Assembly: GCA_021498095.1 (NCBI GenBank)
Contig: JAIZWK010000001.1
Span: 4,316,768 to 4,348,767, forward strand
Length of the DNA: 32,000 nt
Direction of reading: 5' to 3'
From: Candidatus Harpocratesius repetitus
GTDB taxonomy: Archaea > Asgardarchaeota > Lokiarchaeia > Sigyniarchaeales > Promethearchaeaceae
In this document: piece by piece, positions 7,292 through 16,701 of the stretch
Numbering within the stretch: position 1 is the stretch's first letter
Layout of the letters: the number at the start of each line of letters is the position of its first letter
Program-made: the position numbers and the translations under genes
Notes under the pieces: model-generated
What the model was told of the DNA's origin: nothing
Database searches by the model: none
Seen by the model: the letters and a program-made list of their open reading frames with translations, nothing else

Positions 7292-10129
7292 CTAATGAAA
7301 AAGAGCCCAAAGACGTATTAAATTAGCCCAGAATCGTTTTACAAACATTCCCGCAAAATAAAAGGCATTATCTTGAGCACGGAAATAATCCGGTTGAATG
7401 GATTTTTCACCCTTTAAGAGATTGGGATGAAGTAAAGCCCCACCAAAATTTGGTGATTTCCCAATTTCTCTTACTTTTTTCCATCTAATTTGATGAATTT
7501 CACCCTTTTCTTGATTTTGTATCAATCCTTCATATTCTAATATAGATACGGACCATGTCTTATCTGAAATATATTCAACTATTTCTCCTGATTTCATTTT
7601 TAATTGAAGAAGAAAATTTGCATAGCCTCTTGATTGAAGAAAATGACGGCACTCAACAACTAAAGAATTTTCCCCTAAGTGAATGAATTCAGAAAGATCA
7701 AATACTCGAACGGATTTTTTAATCGGCATTATAGATAGAGAAAAACGAGTCTCGGTGATACCAACAAAAACATTATTACAATAGATTTCGGCATGATTAC
7801 TTGCAATAACTTGAAGCAAAGCTTTCGAAATTTCACTATTTACTGTGAATGTTTTTCTGAATAATCGTGGTTGTGAATCAGATGCATAGCGATGAGACCA
7901 TATAAATTTTGATTTAAGATATGGAGAAATATTCACAGTATCTTCGATTCTTTGAAGATAACTACGATATTCATCATATACATTGAATAATTGATTATAT
8001 CTTAAAAGATGGCGTTCAAAATTAGGATATTTTGCACATTCAAGCCAAAAATGTTCATAATTTTTAAAATATTCAGAAAATTGGCTAAGATAAGAAGAGA
8101 TTTCATCATAAAGATTTAAGTTTTTACTTCTTTTGTCTTCAAGGGTTTTTAGTTTTGAGAATTTCTTAATTTTCTTTTTAAGAATAAGATGTTGAGCAAA
8201 TAAACTCATGGTTTTTAAACTAAATTGCCAAAATGGGATAAAATAATTATTAGTGGTTAATGAATCTTTAATTCTATTGAGGCTGTGATAGAGAATTTCT
8301 GCAGAAGAACGAATTTCTAATAATTGTTTGGATTTTAATTTGATTGATCTATAATAAAAGGGAACAGAGAAGAAAAGATCATAAAAATGTGTGTTTAGAA
8401 AGATATTTTTTCCTGAACATAAAGTGCTTAACTCTATAGTTTGGAGAAATATTTCTGTTATTCGATTTTCGATTTCATTATTTGCGGGAGAAAACAATAG
8501 AATAAGAAGATCCGCAATTAACTGTCTAAAATCTTGATTTGTTTGGTTCCAACTTAAAATATTTCCTAAAATTGTCCCATAAATGTGGTTTAAGCGCAAT
8601 GAATGATGTCCAAAATCCCCCCATGTGCTTACAAGTTGCCCTAAAATAAAAGGGAAATTCCGATATGAAGAATCATCGTAATTATCCCCAGAATTAAGAG
8701 AATTTTGAGAATTTCGAGATTGTGATTTACTTTTTAACAGTTGGCAATCTTGATTTAAGTGCAATACATTCTGATATGCATAAAAATAATGGGGAAAAGG
8801 CCTATACCAATTGAGAATTGATGGGCTAATAATTGTTTGATGGCCTAATATTGCCAATTTTCTGAAAACCTTTCTATATCTTTTTGTAGGAGAATAATTC
8901 CAATATACAACGATAATATCTGAAGGTAAATTTTCAAGTATGGAAGGATATTTTAATACTAAATCATGATAAAGCAATACTTTTTCAATACCGTTATTTT
9001 TGGCAATGTGATAGACTTTAAGAATATGATCATAAAGTGCCTGTTCGATCCCTACTGCTTTAATCAATTCTTTTGAGTTACCATGCCCCAAATCATATGT
9101 TTCATCACACCCTATATGTAAATATTTTTTAGGAAAATAAGCGCAAATTTCGGAGATGTACTCACGTAAAAACGGATAAATATTCCCATTGGCAATAGAA
9201 AGACAGTGAGAACCGGAAAATTCCCCCAAACTTGAATATTCAGGTAGTGTTAAGATATTATCCATGTGTCCTAGAGTTTCAATGATAGGAAATATTGTAA
9301 TATATCGAGATTTAGCATATTGTACAATTTCAAGTATTTCTTCTGAACTATATGCACCCCGATCGGCACCAATTTGAGGGTGTGAAGGAGTACGAATAAT
9401 ATCCTCAATGTACATAGCGTATGTATTAATTTTATATTGACTCCATAATTTCATTTCCCGTTTTAGTTCCTGTACAGTAGGGGCTTGCCCTCGAGACACA
9501 TCATCAGAAATCCCTCTTATTAAAAGATCAGGCCAATCTAAAATTTCTCCACATATTAGATAATATGGCGAAGAATTTACAAACTTTCCATCCATTTTAC
9601 CTAATTTAGTCGCTTCAAATGTTTCAAAGGTTTCAATTGTTTCTGCTGTTTCTGCTGTTTCTGTTATATTAGTTCTTATCTTTTTATTATACCTTTTCGC
9701 ATGCAAAAACAGTTGACGCAATGTTTGAAAAGAATTGAAAAGCCCATGAGTGGTGGAAGCAGTTAATAAAATGCCTTGAGGGCGAATCTCAATATAATAA
9801 GCTTCAGACCCTTTAGATGCGATGTCTTGATTAGTTTTGAAGTATTTAGTTTTTTTTTTTAGATAATTATCATCACTTCTAAAAATGATATTGAGGTGAA
9901 ATTCTTCGTTAAAATCACTCTTCATTTGCTTTAATACTTGATGAGAAGAATCAATATTTGATAAAATGCAAATTAAGTCTCCATCAATCATAGTGTAGGA
10001 TTTTAAAATTTTAGTTCTTTTGGGATAGGGAAGAATTTTTGGACGATTATATATTTCTCGCAGTTTTTCTGCAATTTTTGGATTATTAATTGGATTTGAT
10101 TGAATTAATATTTGAATATAAGAAATCAT
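7292..10129 (-). CDS. GH20 beta-N-acetylhexosaminidase (GcnA/HexD-like) with a C-terminal beta-sandwich domain
   Basis: GH20b domain (ILPYPK...EAYYIEI...GLFNSFQTLRQL), DWPDLLIRGISDDVSRG, PIIETLGHM and catalytic HIGCDE. The C-terminal PRLFRKTF...ASNHAEIYCN resembles the rhamnosidase-N/galactose-binding-like domain. No obvious signal peptide. Confidence 0.85.
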   Translation of the reverse strand: MISYIQILIQSNPINNPKIAEKLREIYNRPKILPYPKRTKILKSYTMIDGDLICILSNIDSSHQVLKQMKSDFNEEFHLNIIFRSDDNYLKKKTKYFKTNQDIASKGSEAYYIEIRPQGILLTASTTHGLFNSFQTLRQLFLHAKRYNKKIRTNITETAETAETIETFETFEATKLGKMDGKFVNSSPYYLICGEILDWPDLLIRGISDDVSRGQAPTVQELKREMKLWSQYKINTYAMYIEDIIRTPSHPQIGADRGAYSSEEILEIVQYAKSRYITIFPIIETLGHMDNILTLPEYSSLGEFSGSHCLSIANGNIYPFLREYISEICAYFPKKYLHIGCDETYDLGHGNSKELIKAVGIEQALYDHILKVYHIAKNNGIEKVLLYHDLVLKYPSILENLPSDIIVVYWNYSPTKRYRKVFRKLAILGHQTIISPSILNWYRPFPHYFYAYQNVLHLNQDCQLLKSKSQSRNSQNSLNSGDNYDDSSYRNFPFILGQLVSTWGDFGHHSLRLNHIYGTILGNILSWNQTNQDFRQLIADLLILLFSPANNEIENRITEIFLQTIELSTLCSGKNIFLNTHFYDLFFSVPFYYRSIKLKSKQLLEIRSSAEILYHSLNRIKDSLTTNNYFIPFWQFSLKTMSLFAQHLILKKKIKKFSKLKTLEDKRSKNLNLYDEISSYLSQFSEYFKNYEHFWLECAKYPNFERHLLRYNQLFNVYDEYRSYLQRIEDTVNISPYLKSKFIWSHRYASDSQPRLFRKTFTVNSEISKALLQVIASNHAEIYCNNVFVGITETRFSLSIMPIKKSVRVFDLSEFIHLGENSLVVECRHFLQSRGYANFLLQLKMKSGEIVEYISDKTWSVSILEYEGLIQNQEKGEIHQIRWKKVREIGKSPNFGGALLHPNLLKGEKSIQPDYFRAQDNAFYFAGMFVKRFWANLIRLWALFH
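9612..9663. repeat. In-frame 9-bp tandem repeat (~6 units) inside the GH20 gene
   Basis: GTTTC/GCTTC recurs at 9612, 9621, 9630, 9639, 9648 and 9657, and encodes ETA-ETA-ETI-ETF-ETF-EAT on the minus strand. Confidence 0.9.
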
Positions 10130-10253
10130 TTTTTCTTCAGCTTTTAGTTCTTAATTATATTTGGATGTAAAGAAATAAAAATGGAATTGGATATTATATT
10201 AATATTAGTAAAACAACATTTTCTTGATTCAAACTTAATCACAGTGTGAGAAT

Positions 10254-11006
10254 ATGAGCCAACAACAAGATGAGATGCCAACCTTAGAAGGAATGATGAC
10301 CGCTTTACCCGCAACTTTTTTAAGTCTATTAAATGTTGAAGTCCCCAGTTTTCTCACACCTCCAATTCAACCTTTAATTGATCTCTTTGCTCCACGTGGA
10401 ATCAAGCGTATAATTATTAACTTAATTGATCAATTTGGATTGTTTGAAATCACTATTCATAAACCACCATTTTTAATTTCTCAAGCGAATGCACTTGTGC
10501 TTCTTAGTACTTCGAATCCTTATCTTCATGGAGTTTTGTTCAATACATTTTTTGGTGGATTTGAATTTGAACCAAATGGATTCCATCTTCTTCGTTATCT
10601 TCAGGAACAAGGAAAATCAACAGTATTTGTTGGTCGAGAACGCGATATTCAACGATATAATGGAGGTACCCCTTCAATTGCAAAATCTACAGATATGGCA
10701 ACTTGGATTGAAGCTGCAAAAGTTGTAAACAGACATGATTTATCAATTTTACATTATTTAGATTTTGAAGATATATCTGCAAAGGGACAGAAAACATCAG
10801 CGAAAAATTTAGAAGAACTTTCTCAAAAATTAATAAGAAGAACAGATAAATGGTTGAAAAGCACATTTCTTCAACTTCGATCAAAAAGTTTAATGGTCGT
10901 TTTAAGTAATCATGGAAGATATAAAATTGATCTAAATTATCAAGGTAAAGCAGGAGAATGGAGGAGTGCTTCAGTTCCCTTGGCAATCTGCATATATAAA
11001 GAATAA
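10254..11006 (+). CDS. Alkaline-phosphatase/phosphodiesterase-superfamily fold protein with a degenerate active site
   Basis: LPATFLSLL, RIIINLIDQFG, ILHYLDFED, IRRTDKWL, MVVLSNHG and VPL occur in the AlkP motif order, but the nucleophile and several metal ligands are substituted. Confidence 0.55.
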   Translation: MSQQQDEMPTLEGMMTALPATFLSLLNVEVPSFLTPPIQPLIDLFAPRGIKRIIINLIDQFGLFEITIHKPPFLISQANALVLLSTSNPYLHGVLFNTFFGGFEFEPNGFHLLRYLQEQGKSTVFVGRERDIQRYNGGTPSIAKSTDMATWIEAAKVVNRHDLSILHYLDFEDISAKGQKTSAKNLEELSQKLIRRTDKWLKSTFLQLRSKSLMVVLSNHGRYKIDLNYQGKAGEWRSASVPLAICIYKE

Positions 11007-11209
11007 TCCTAAAAATTTTCAATAAATTTTTTATTCATATCAATTTTTCGCTAATTAGCTATTTGTCTCAATTTTATTTGTTAAAAATTTATTTCTGCTC
11101 GATATTTTTAATATATTTAGGTTTTTAGATACCTTGATATATATTATTAAAGTTAGAAAAAAATTGAGCAAAAGATAGATAAAAAAAGCAAAAAATTTGA
11201 AGTTCAGCG

Positions 11210-12172
11210 TTAGAATGGTTTAGCAAATTTTATTGCGTCATGAGGGCAGTGTTCCATACATTCAAGACAGAGAATGCATTCACCATTACCTGTAAAACCA
11301 TCGAAACCTTCATCAAGAATTCGAACCTGCATTGGACAGACTTGTTCGCAAATTCCACATTCCTTTCGACCTGGACAGCGAGTTGGTAAACGTTTCAATT
11401 TCAAGAAACTATATTTTGAAACTTGTTTAATTGCTGCACCATAAGGACAAAGATATTTACAATAAAAACGTGGATAATAAATCGAAAAGCCTAAAATTAT
11501 TAAATAAACAAAGAAAATAATAGTACGGACTCTATTTTCAGGAGTAAAAAGTTGATCCACGGCAGCATTATCAACAATACTTTGAATGATATCAGGAAAA
11601 GTAACAAAGAAAAATTCAGAAAATGAGAAAGGACCAACGGGATTAATTGCAAAAAGTCCTAATGCTTTAGAATAATCAGAATAATTTTTTGGATTATTTG
11701 TATAATAATAACCTAATGGAATTAGTAATACAAATAAGACAACTAGAACAAAACCTTTTACCTTTTTCAAAGCGCGATCAGTATTAAGAGAAAATCGGTT
11801 GTTTTCATTAGCAATTCCAGCTAAAAGATCTTGAATAAATCCAGTAGGACACATCCAACCACAGAATATTCTCCCTGTAAAAAGACCAAATGCTCCAATT
11901 AAACCTAAAAACAAATAGGGCACTTTTCCATCAATGATGGTGTGAAAGACGTATTCAAGAAGACCAGCTCCAGCAGTCCAAGCGCTATCAGCTGAATGTA
12001 AAAAGGGTAGAACCCGAAGAAAATCTTGAATTGCAGAAAAATCAGTTTTGAAAATAAATTCCAAAATAGCATAATTGACTAAGAAAAAGGATAAAAATTG
12101 GATAACCGTCCGACTGATTTTGATAACTGGTAATCCTTTCGATTTTTCAGTAGATAATGAGGTGCTCATCAA
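11210..12172 (-). CDS. Membrane-bound 4Fe-4S polyferredoxin, NapH/MauN/RdxA-like
   Basis: FCGWMCPTG and YCKYLCPYG (CxxxCP motifs), two C-terminal CxxCxxxCP ferredoxin motifs, and 4-5 hydrophobic segments. Confidence 0.88.
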   Translation of the reverse strand: MMSTSLSTEKSKGLPVIKISRTVIQFLSFFLVNYAILEFIFKTDFSAIQDFLRVLPFLHSADSAWTAGAGLLEYVFHTIIDGKVPYLFLGLIGAFGLFTGRIFCGWMCPTGFIQDLLAGIANENNRFSLNTDRALKKVKGFVLVVLFVLLIPLGYYYTNNPKNYSDYSKALGLFAINPVGPFSFSEFFFVTFPDIIQSIVDNAAVDQLFTPENRVRTIIFFVYLIILGFSIYYPRFYCKYLCPYGAAIKQVSKYSFLKLKRLPTRCPGRKECGICEQVCPMQVRILDEGFDGFTGNGECILCLECMEHCPHDAIKFAKPF

Positions 12173-12275
12173 ATATTCAGTTGTGAAAAAGAATGAATTA
12201 AAAAAAGGTTTTTTGTACGAAAAGTGATGATTTCAAAAAAAGGGAATTAATCTTGATCTATTGATCTCTTAATCA

Positions 12276-14183
12276 TCATTTCAAAAGTATTGTCTCCATA
12301 TTAACTGGAGATCGTGTTTCACTTTTTAACCGCTTATGAATTACAGAGGCTAAACCCATACATTTCGATGATTCTCCGTGAAGTGTAATTACACGTTCAG
12401 GTCGAGGTTTTACTTTTCGAATAAATGAAATTATTTGAGAACGATTACTGTGTCCAGAAAAACCTTCAATAGTGTGCACATTGAGTTTAATCTTGACAGG
12501 CGTGGTTTTACCGCTAGAAGATACCGCTTGAAATTCGCGATAACCCTTTTGAATTCTCCGTCCAAGAGTTCCTTCAACTTGATAACTTGCAAATATAATT
12601 GCACTATTAGGATCTTCTGCAATTCCTTTCAAATACTGAACCGAAGGTCCACCTTGTAACATACCGCTTGTAGCCATAATGATGCAAGGACCACCAGCAA
12701 TAATGTCATCGCGTGCTTGATATCCGTCAACTTGAGTAAATATTTCTGAAGTAAATGGATTTTTACCTTGGTGGAATATTTTTTCGCGCAATTCTGAATT
12801 GAGATAATCAGGATGGGTTGTATGGATTGCAGTAGCTTCGGAAATCATTCCGTCTACGTATATAGGAACTTGATCAACCATTTTTCGAGACATGAAATCT
12901 TCCAATACTACCATAATTTCTTGTGCACGCCCAACAGCCAACACAGGGATGAGAACTTTTCCTCCGCTTCTAATGGTATTATTTAGAATTTGAATAAGCA
13001 TTTTCTCAGATTCATGCCGACTTGGCATTATATCTTGAACACCACCATATGTTGACTCGGTAATTAGAGTTTCAAGTCGTGGAAATTTACATGAAGCGGC
13101 TTCTAATAAACGGGTGCGTTGGAATTTATAGTCTCCTGTAAAAACCAAATTATGTTCCCCATTGCCAAAATGTAAATGAATCATTGACGAACCAAGAATA
13201 TGACCCGCATTATGAAGCGTGAGTTTAATATCTGGAGTAATATCAGTGACTTTTCCCCATTCCAAGGTATATGTGTGAAGAATTGCTTTTTTAATATCAT
13301 TTTTTGAATAAGGTGCAGGACGTCCTTCACGAGCGCAAATATTAACATAATCTAATTGAAGCATGGTTGATAAATGCATAGTAGGTTCAGTAGTATATAC
13401 GGGACCATCATATCCATATTTGAATAGAAAGGGGATTAAACCACTATGATCTAAATGGGCATGACTAAGTATAACTGCATCAAGATCTTCAATTTTGAAA
13501 GTTCCAACATCTAGATATGGAAACAAATCATCTGAATTTCCAACATTTAACCCGCAATCAAGCAGAACATTGCTCTCATTAGTTTCAATCAGAATGGATG
13601 AACGCCCAACTTCACGAAAACTACCCAAACAAGTCATTTTTATATGAAAATCATTTTTTACTAAAGGTCGATGTATACGCCAACCAATTTTGCGGAATAT
13701 TTCTTTTTGTTCTTGGCGTTCCTTTTGTAACATCGAACGAACCAATGCAACAGTTCGTGATTCAATAGGAGGTGTTCGAATAACTTGAGGTAACCACATT
13801 GTTTCTTTTTTTATAGTTTTTAGATTTGTTCCTGATTTTCCAATTGCCACTCCGGGTTTTTTTGCTTCAATAATTACTTCCCCTAAGTTTTCATTAAACA
13901 TAATTTTGGTTACTTCAGCTTCTTCGGGAATTGTTTTTTGGATAAAAGCTACTGTTTCATCATTAATCATTCGGATCTCAGGGTCACTTCGAACTACGAT
14001 TCGTTTTCGTAGTTTTTTGACAAGATTTCGAATTTCCTCACGATCATCACCAATAAAATCCACACTTCGACTGTAAATACTGATTTCAGGTCCTTCAAAT
14101 TGAACTTCAGTTATTTTAGCTGATTTAGGAAGAGAATCAAAAATATCTTGCTTCATTTTTTCCAATGCTTCTTCAGTACTCAT
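12276..14183 (-). CDS. fttA: aCPSF1/FttA beta-CASP ribonuclease with N-terminal KH domains (archaeal transcription termination factor)
   Basis: 635 aa; KH-type IGKSG, HAHLDH metallo-beta-lactamase motif, AGHILGS, TGD, FSGHS, HGE. Confidence 0.96.
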   Translation of the reverse strand: MSTEEALEKMKQDIFDSLPKSAKITEVQFEGPEISIYSRSVDFIGDDREEIRNLVKKLRKRIVVRSDPEIRMINDETVAFIQKTIPEEAEVTKIMFNENLGEVIIEAKKPGVAIGKSGTNLKTIKKETMWLPQVIRTPPIESRTVALVRSMLQKERQEQKEIFRKIGWRIHRPLVKNDFHIKMTCLGSFREVGRSSILIETNESNVLLDCGLNVGNSDDLFPYLDVGTFKIEDLDAVILSHAHLDHSGLIPFLFKYGYDGPVYTTEPTMHLSTMLQLDYVNICAREGRPAPYSKNDIKKAILHTYTLEWGKVTDITPDIKLTLHNAGHILGSSMIHLHFGNGEHNLVFTGDYKFQRTRLLEAASCKFPRLETLITESTYGGVQDIMPSRHESEKMLIQILNNTIRSGGKVLIPVLAVGRAQEIMVVLEDFMSRKMVDQVPIYVDGMISEATAIHTTHPDYLNSELREKIFHQGKNPFTSEIFTQVDGYQARDDIIAGGPCIIMATSGMLQGGPSVQYLKGIAEDPNSAIIFASYQVEGTLGRRIQKGYREFQAVSSSGKTTPVKIKLNVHTIEGFSGHSNRSQIISFIRKVKPRPERVITLHGESSKCMGLASVIHKRLKSETRSPVNMETILLK

Positions 14184-14397
14184 AAAATTTCACTTGTTGT
14201 ATTAAATAGCTGCTTTATCTTGTTTTTATTATATCTATTAGTATTATTAGGAGCATAAATAACAATTAGAATAATTATAACATTTCTGCAAACAACCAAA
14301 TTTGCAGTATGCATTCACAAACTTCTCTAAAAAGAAGACAAGTTGTACAAGGAGTGCAAACATAAAAACTTTTTTGTGTTTAACAAGAGAATAAGAT

Positions 14398-15270
14398 ATG
14401 GAAATTAGTGGGACCACTCAAGTTGTTGGGATCATTGGCAATCCCATCGAGCATGTATTATCCCCAATTATGCATAATGCCGTTTTTGATGCCCAAAATT
14501 TAGATTGGGTATACATTCCTTTACAAGTTTCTCAAATTAATTTAAAACAAGTGGTTTTTGGATTGAAATATTCTTCCTTTCGAGGATTCAATATTACAAT
14601 TCCTCATAAAGTGAATATTTTACCTCTATTGGATGAAATTGAACCACATGCCAGGCAAATTGGTGCAGTAAACACGGTAAAAATTGTTGATCATAAACTT
14701 ATTGGAAAAAATACTGATGGAGAAGGTGCGCTACAAAGTTTGATTGATCACGATTTTCCATTGAAACACAAGAAAATTACAATCTTAGGTGCAGGTGGGG
14801 CAGCGCGGGCAATATTTTATTATGTATTTGAATATTCCAAGAATATTTGCATTATAAACCGATCACAGAGCCGATTATCAAATTTTTTAAAGGAAATTAG
14901 GATAAATACGACAATCAAGGATCAAACTGGGAATATATCAGGATTACTTTTCGATGAACATGAAATAGTGAAAAAAAGAATTGAAGATTCAGATTTGATA
15001 ATAAATACAACACCTGTTGGAATGTATCCTAAGAAAGACCAAAGTCTGATTTTAAAACAATGGTTAAAACCTCATAATGCAGTTTTTGATGTAATATATA
15101 CACCGATAAAAAGTAAACTTTTGAAGGATGCAGAAGAAATCGGTTGTAGAATATTAAATGGAATAGAAATGTTGATCAACCAAGGTGCTTTAGCATTTGA
15201 ATGGTGGACAAATCAAAAAGCAGATAAGGAATTGATGAAAAAAATGATTATTCAATTTTTAAAGCAATGA
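14398..15270 (+). CDS. aroE: Shikimate dehydrogenase
   Basis: HVLSPIMHN, GFNITIPHK, IGAVNT, NTDG, GAGGAARA, NRS, INTTPVGM, DVIY, MLINQG. Confidence 0.95.
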   Translation: MEISGTTQVVGIIGNPIEHVLSPIMHNAVFDAQNLDWVYIPLQVSQINLKQVVFGLKYSSFRGFNITIPHKVNILPLLDEIEPHARQIGAVNTVKIVDHKLIGKNTDGEGALQSLIDHDFPLKHKKITILGAGGAARAIFYYVFEYSKNICIINRSQSRLSNFLKEIRINTTIKDQTGNISGLLFDEHEIVKKRIEDSDLIINTTPVGMYPKKDQSLILKQWLKPHNAVFDVIYTPIKSKLLKDAEEIGCRILNGIEMLINQGALAFEWWTNQKADKELMKKMIIQFLKQ

Positions 15271-15312
15271 ATATTTATTCATGGAAAAAAAGTAAATATT
15301 TAAAGTAGCGAT

Positions 15313-15930
15313 TTACATTCCAAAGAAATCACTCGGTTTAAGAAGATGTGGTTCTTTTTTATCCTTCTTTTTCTGCTTCTTTTTCAAATGTTCTGGCACA
15401 TAACCATAGACACTTATAATTTGATCCCGTTCTTCTTTGGTCAGTCCATCATCGTTTTCATCTTCATCTTCTTCTTCATCATCAGCTACTGAATAAGAAG
15501 AGGAAATACCAGAAGAGATCTGTGTTTTCTTTCCTCCTTTTGATTTCTTTCGTTTTCCACCTGAAAGTGAGATTTCTCCTCCAGATAACATTTGAAGTTC
15601 ACGCATAATATTTTCTAAATTAATGGCTTGGATACTTTTTCCCATAGTATTTTGAATATCTTGTAAAGCTTTAGAAGTCTCAATGATACTATCGGGTTTG
15701 ATTCCTGTTAATAATGAATCTAAAGATTCTTCCACCGTTCTTCTTAATGAATTCAAACTATTATTTATTTTTCCCCAATCTTCATTCATATTTTTCTCGA
15801 TTTTCCTAATATAGTCGATTACTTCATTTGTAAATTCCGTATGATTTTCCCAATGGTCTTGATCTTGTGAACGGATTGAAGAGACCAACATAATTAATTG
15901 ACGAATTTCTTTTTTCAATTCTTCGGTCAT
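15313..15930 (-). CDS. Hypothetical protein: helical/coiled-coil N-half, basic and acidic disordered tail, C-terminal LLKPSDFFGM
   Basis: Clean ORF; the ATG at 15930 follows AAGTGA, so the called GTG at 15939 is probably part of the SD. No family recognised. Confidence 0.7.
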   Translation of the reverse strand: MTEELKKEIRQLIMLVSSIRSQDQDHWENHTEFTNEVIDYIRKIEKNMNEDWGKINNSLNSLRRTVEESLDSLLTGIKPDSIIETSKALQDIQNTMGKSIQAINLENIMRELQMLSGGEISLSGGKRKKSKGGKKTQISSGISSSYSVADDEEEDEDENDDGLTKEERDQIISVYGYVPEHLKKKQKKKDKKEPHLLKPSDFFGM

Positions 15931-16146
15931 AAGAATCACTTTTTTCTGCTTTGATACTGTGATTTTTTTTTCTACATTATATTATTGACGGATATACCAT
16001 AAAAAAATGTGCTTAAGAACGTGATATTCAGATCGATTTATAATTTGTGGGAAAAATGTCGCAATTTTTAATACAATAGTTCTATGAAAATATAAGAGTG
16101 TCAATAACATTGAGCAATTTTTTGGTAAATTGACATCTTTGAATGA

Positions 16147-16172
16147 AGAAATTCTCCCAGAGAAGAATTTCT
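16147..16172. promoter_or_regulatory. Perfect 9-bp inverted repeat, candidate operator
   Basis: AGAAATTCT-N8-AGAATTTCT in the divergent intergenic region, about 100 bp upstream of the AbrB-ACT gene. Confidence 0.3.
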
Positions 16173-16275
16173 ACCCAAAATATTCTCGACTGAAAGAAAA
16201 AAGCATAAGCTTTTTAAGGTTCTTTAACCCATTTTTACTCACCTTTATTTCTGCTCGACTTAATGAGGGACATAA

Positions 16276-16689
16276 ATGAAAGAAACTGAAATATTAAAAA
16301 TTGATTCCCGCGGCCGAATTGTCATTCCACGTTCCATGCGCAAAGGATTAGGTTTAAAAGAAAACTCACACATTATGCTAATTTCAAATCCAGAAGAGAA
16401 TGAATTACGTATAATTCCTTTACCGTTTAGTGAAGAAAATCAAACATTTATAAAAATACGAATTATTATTCAAGATGAACCTGGAGCTTTAGGACAAGTT
16501 GCGAAAGTTTTCGGTGATTTGAACCTTTCTTTATTGTATGGTCAAGAAGTAGTGATAAAAAAAGGCCAGGAAGCGGAGTGGAATGTAATTTCTCCGTTTC
16601 CGAATATTTCTTTGGAAGATTTTAAAAAAATGATCATTGAAAAAGGTGGGGCTAAAAAAGTCACCATTGAATTACCAATGAAATCATAG
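16276..16689 (+). CDS. AbrB/MazE/SpoVT-type DNA-binding protein fused to an ACT domain
   Basis: KIDSRGRIVIPRSMRKGLGL (swapped-hairpin signature), followed by IQDEPGALGQVAKVFGDLNLSL (ACT signature). Confidence 0.88.
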   Translation: MKETEILKIDSRGRIVIPRSMRKGLGLKENSHIMLISNPEENELRIIPLPFSEENQTFIKIRIIIQDEPGALGQVAKVFGDLNLSLLYGQEVVIKKGQEAEWNVISPFPNISLEDFKKMIIEKGGAKKVTIELPMKS

Positions 16690-16701
16690 AGAGGAAAATC
16701 T

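Noticed and set aside
10236-10244. TTAATCACA shared with the repeat near 2678 as a common regulatory motif
   Set aside because: A 9-mer of this composition is expected about once by chance in a window this AT-rich.
15316-15345. PCNA-binding PIP box at the orphan C-terminus
   Set aside because: FF is present, but the Qxx(L/I/M)xxFF spacing is not met (LKPSDFF).
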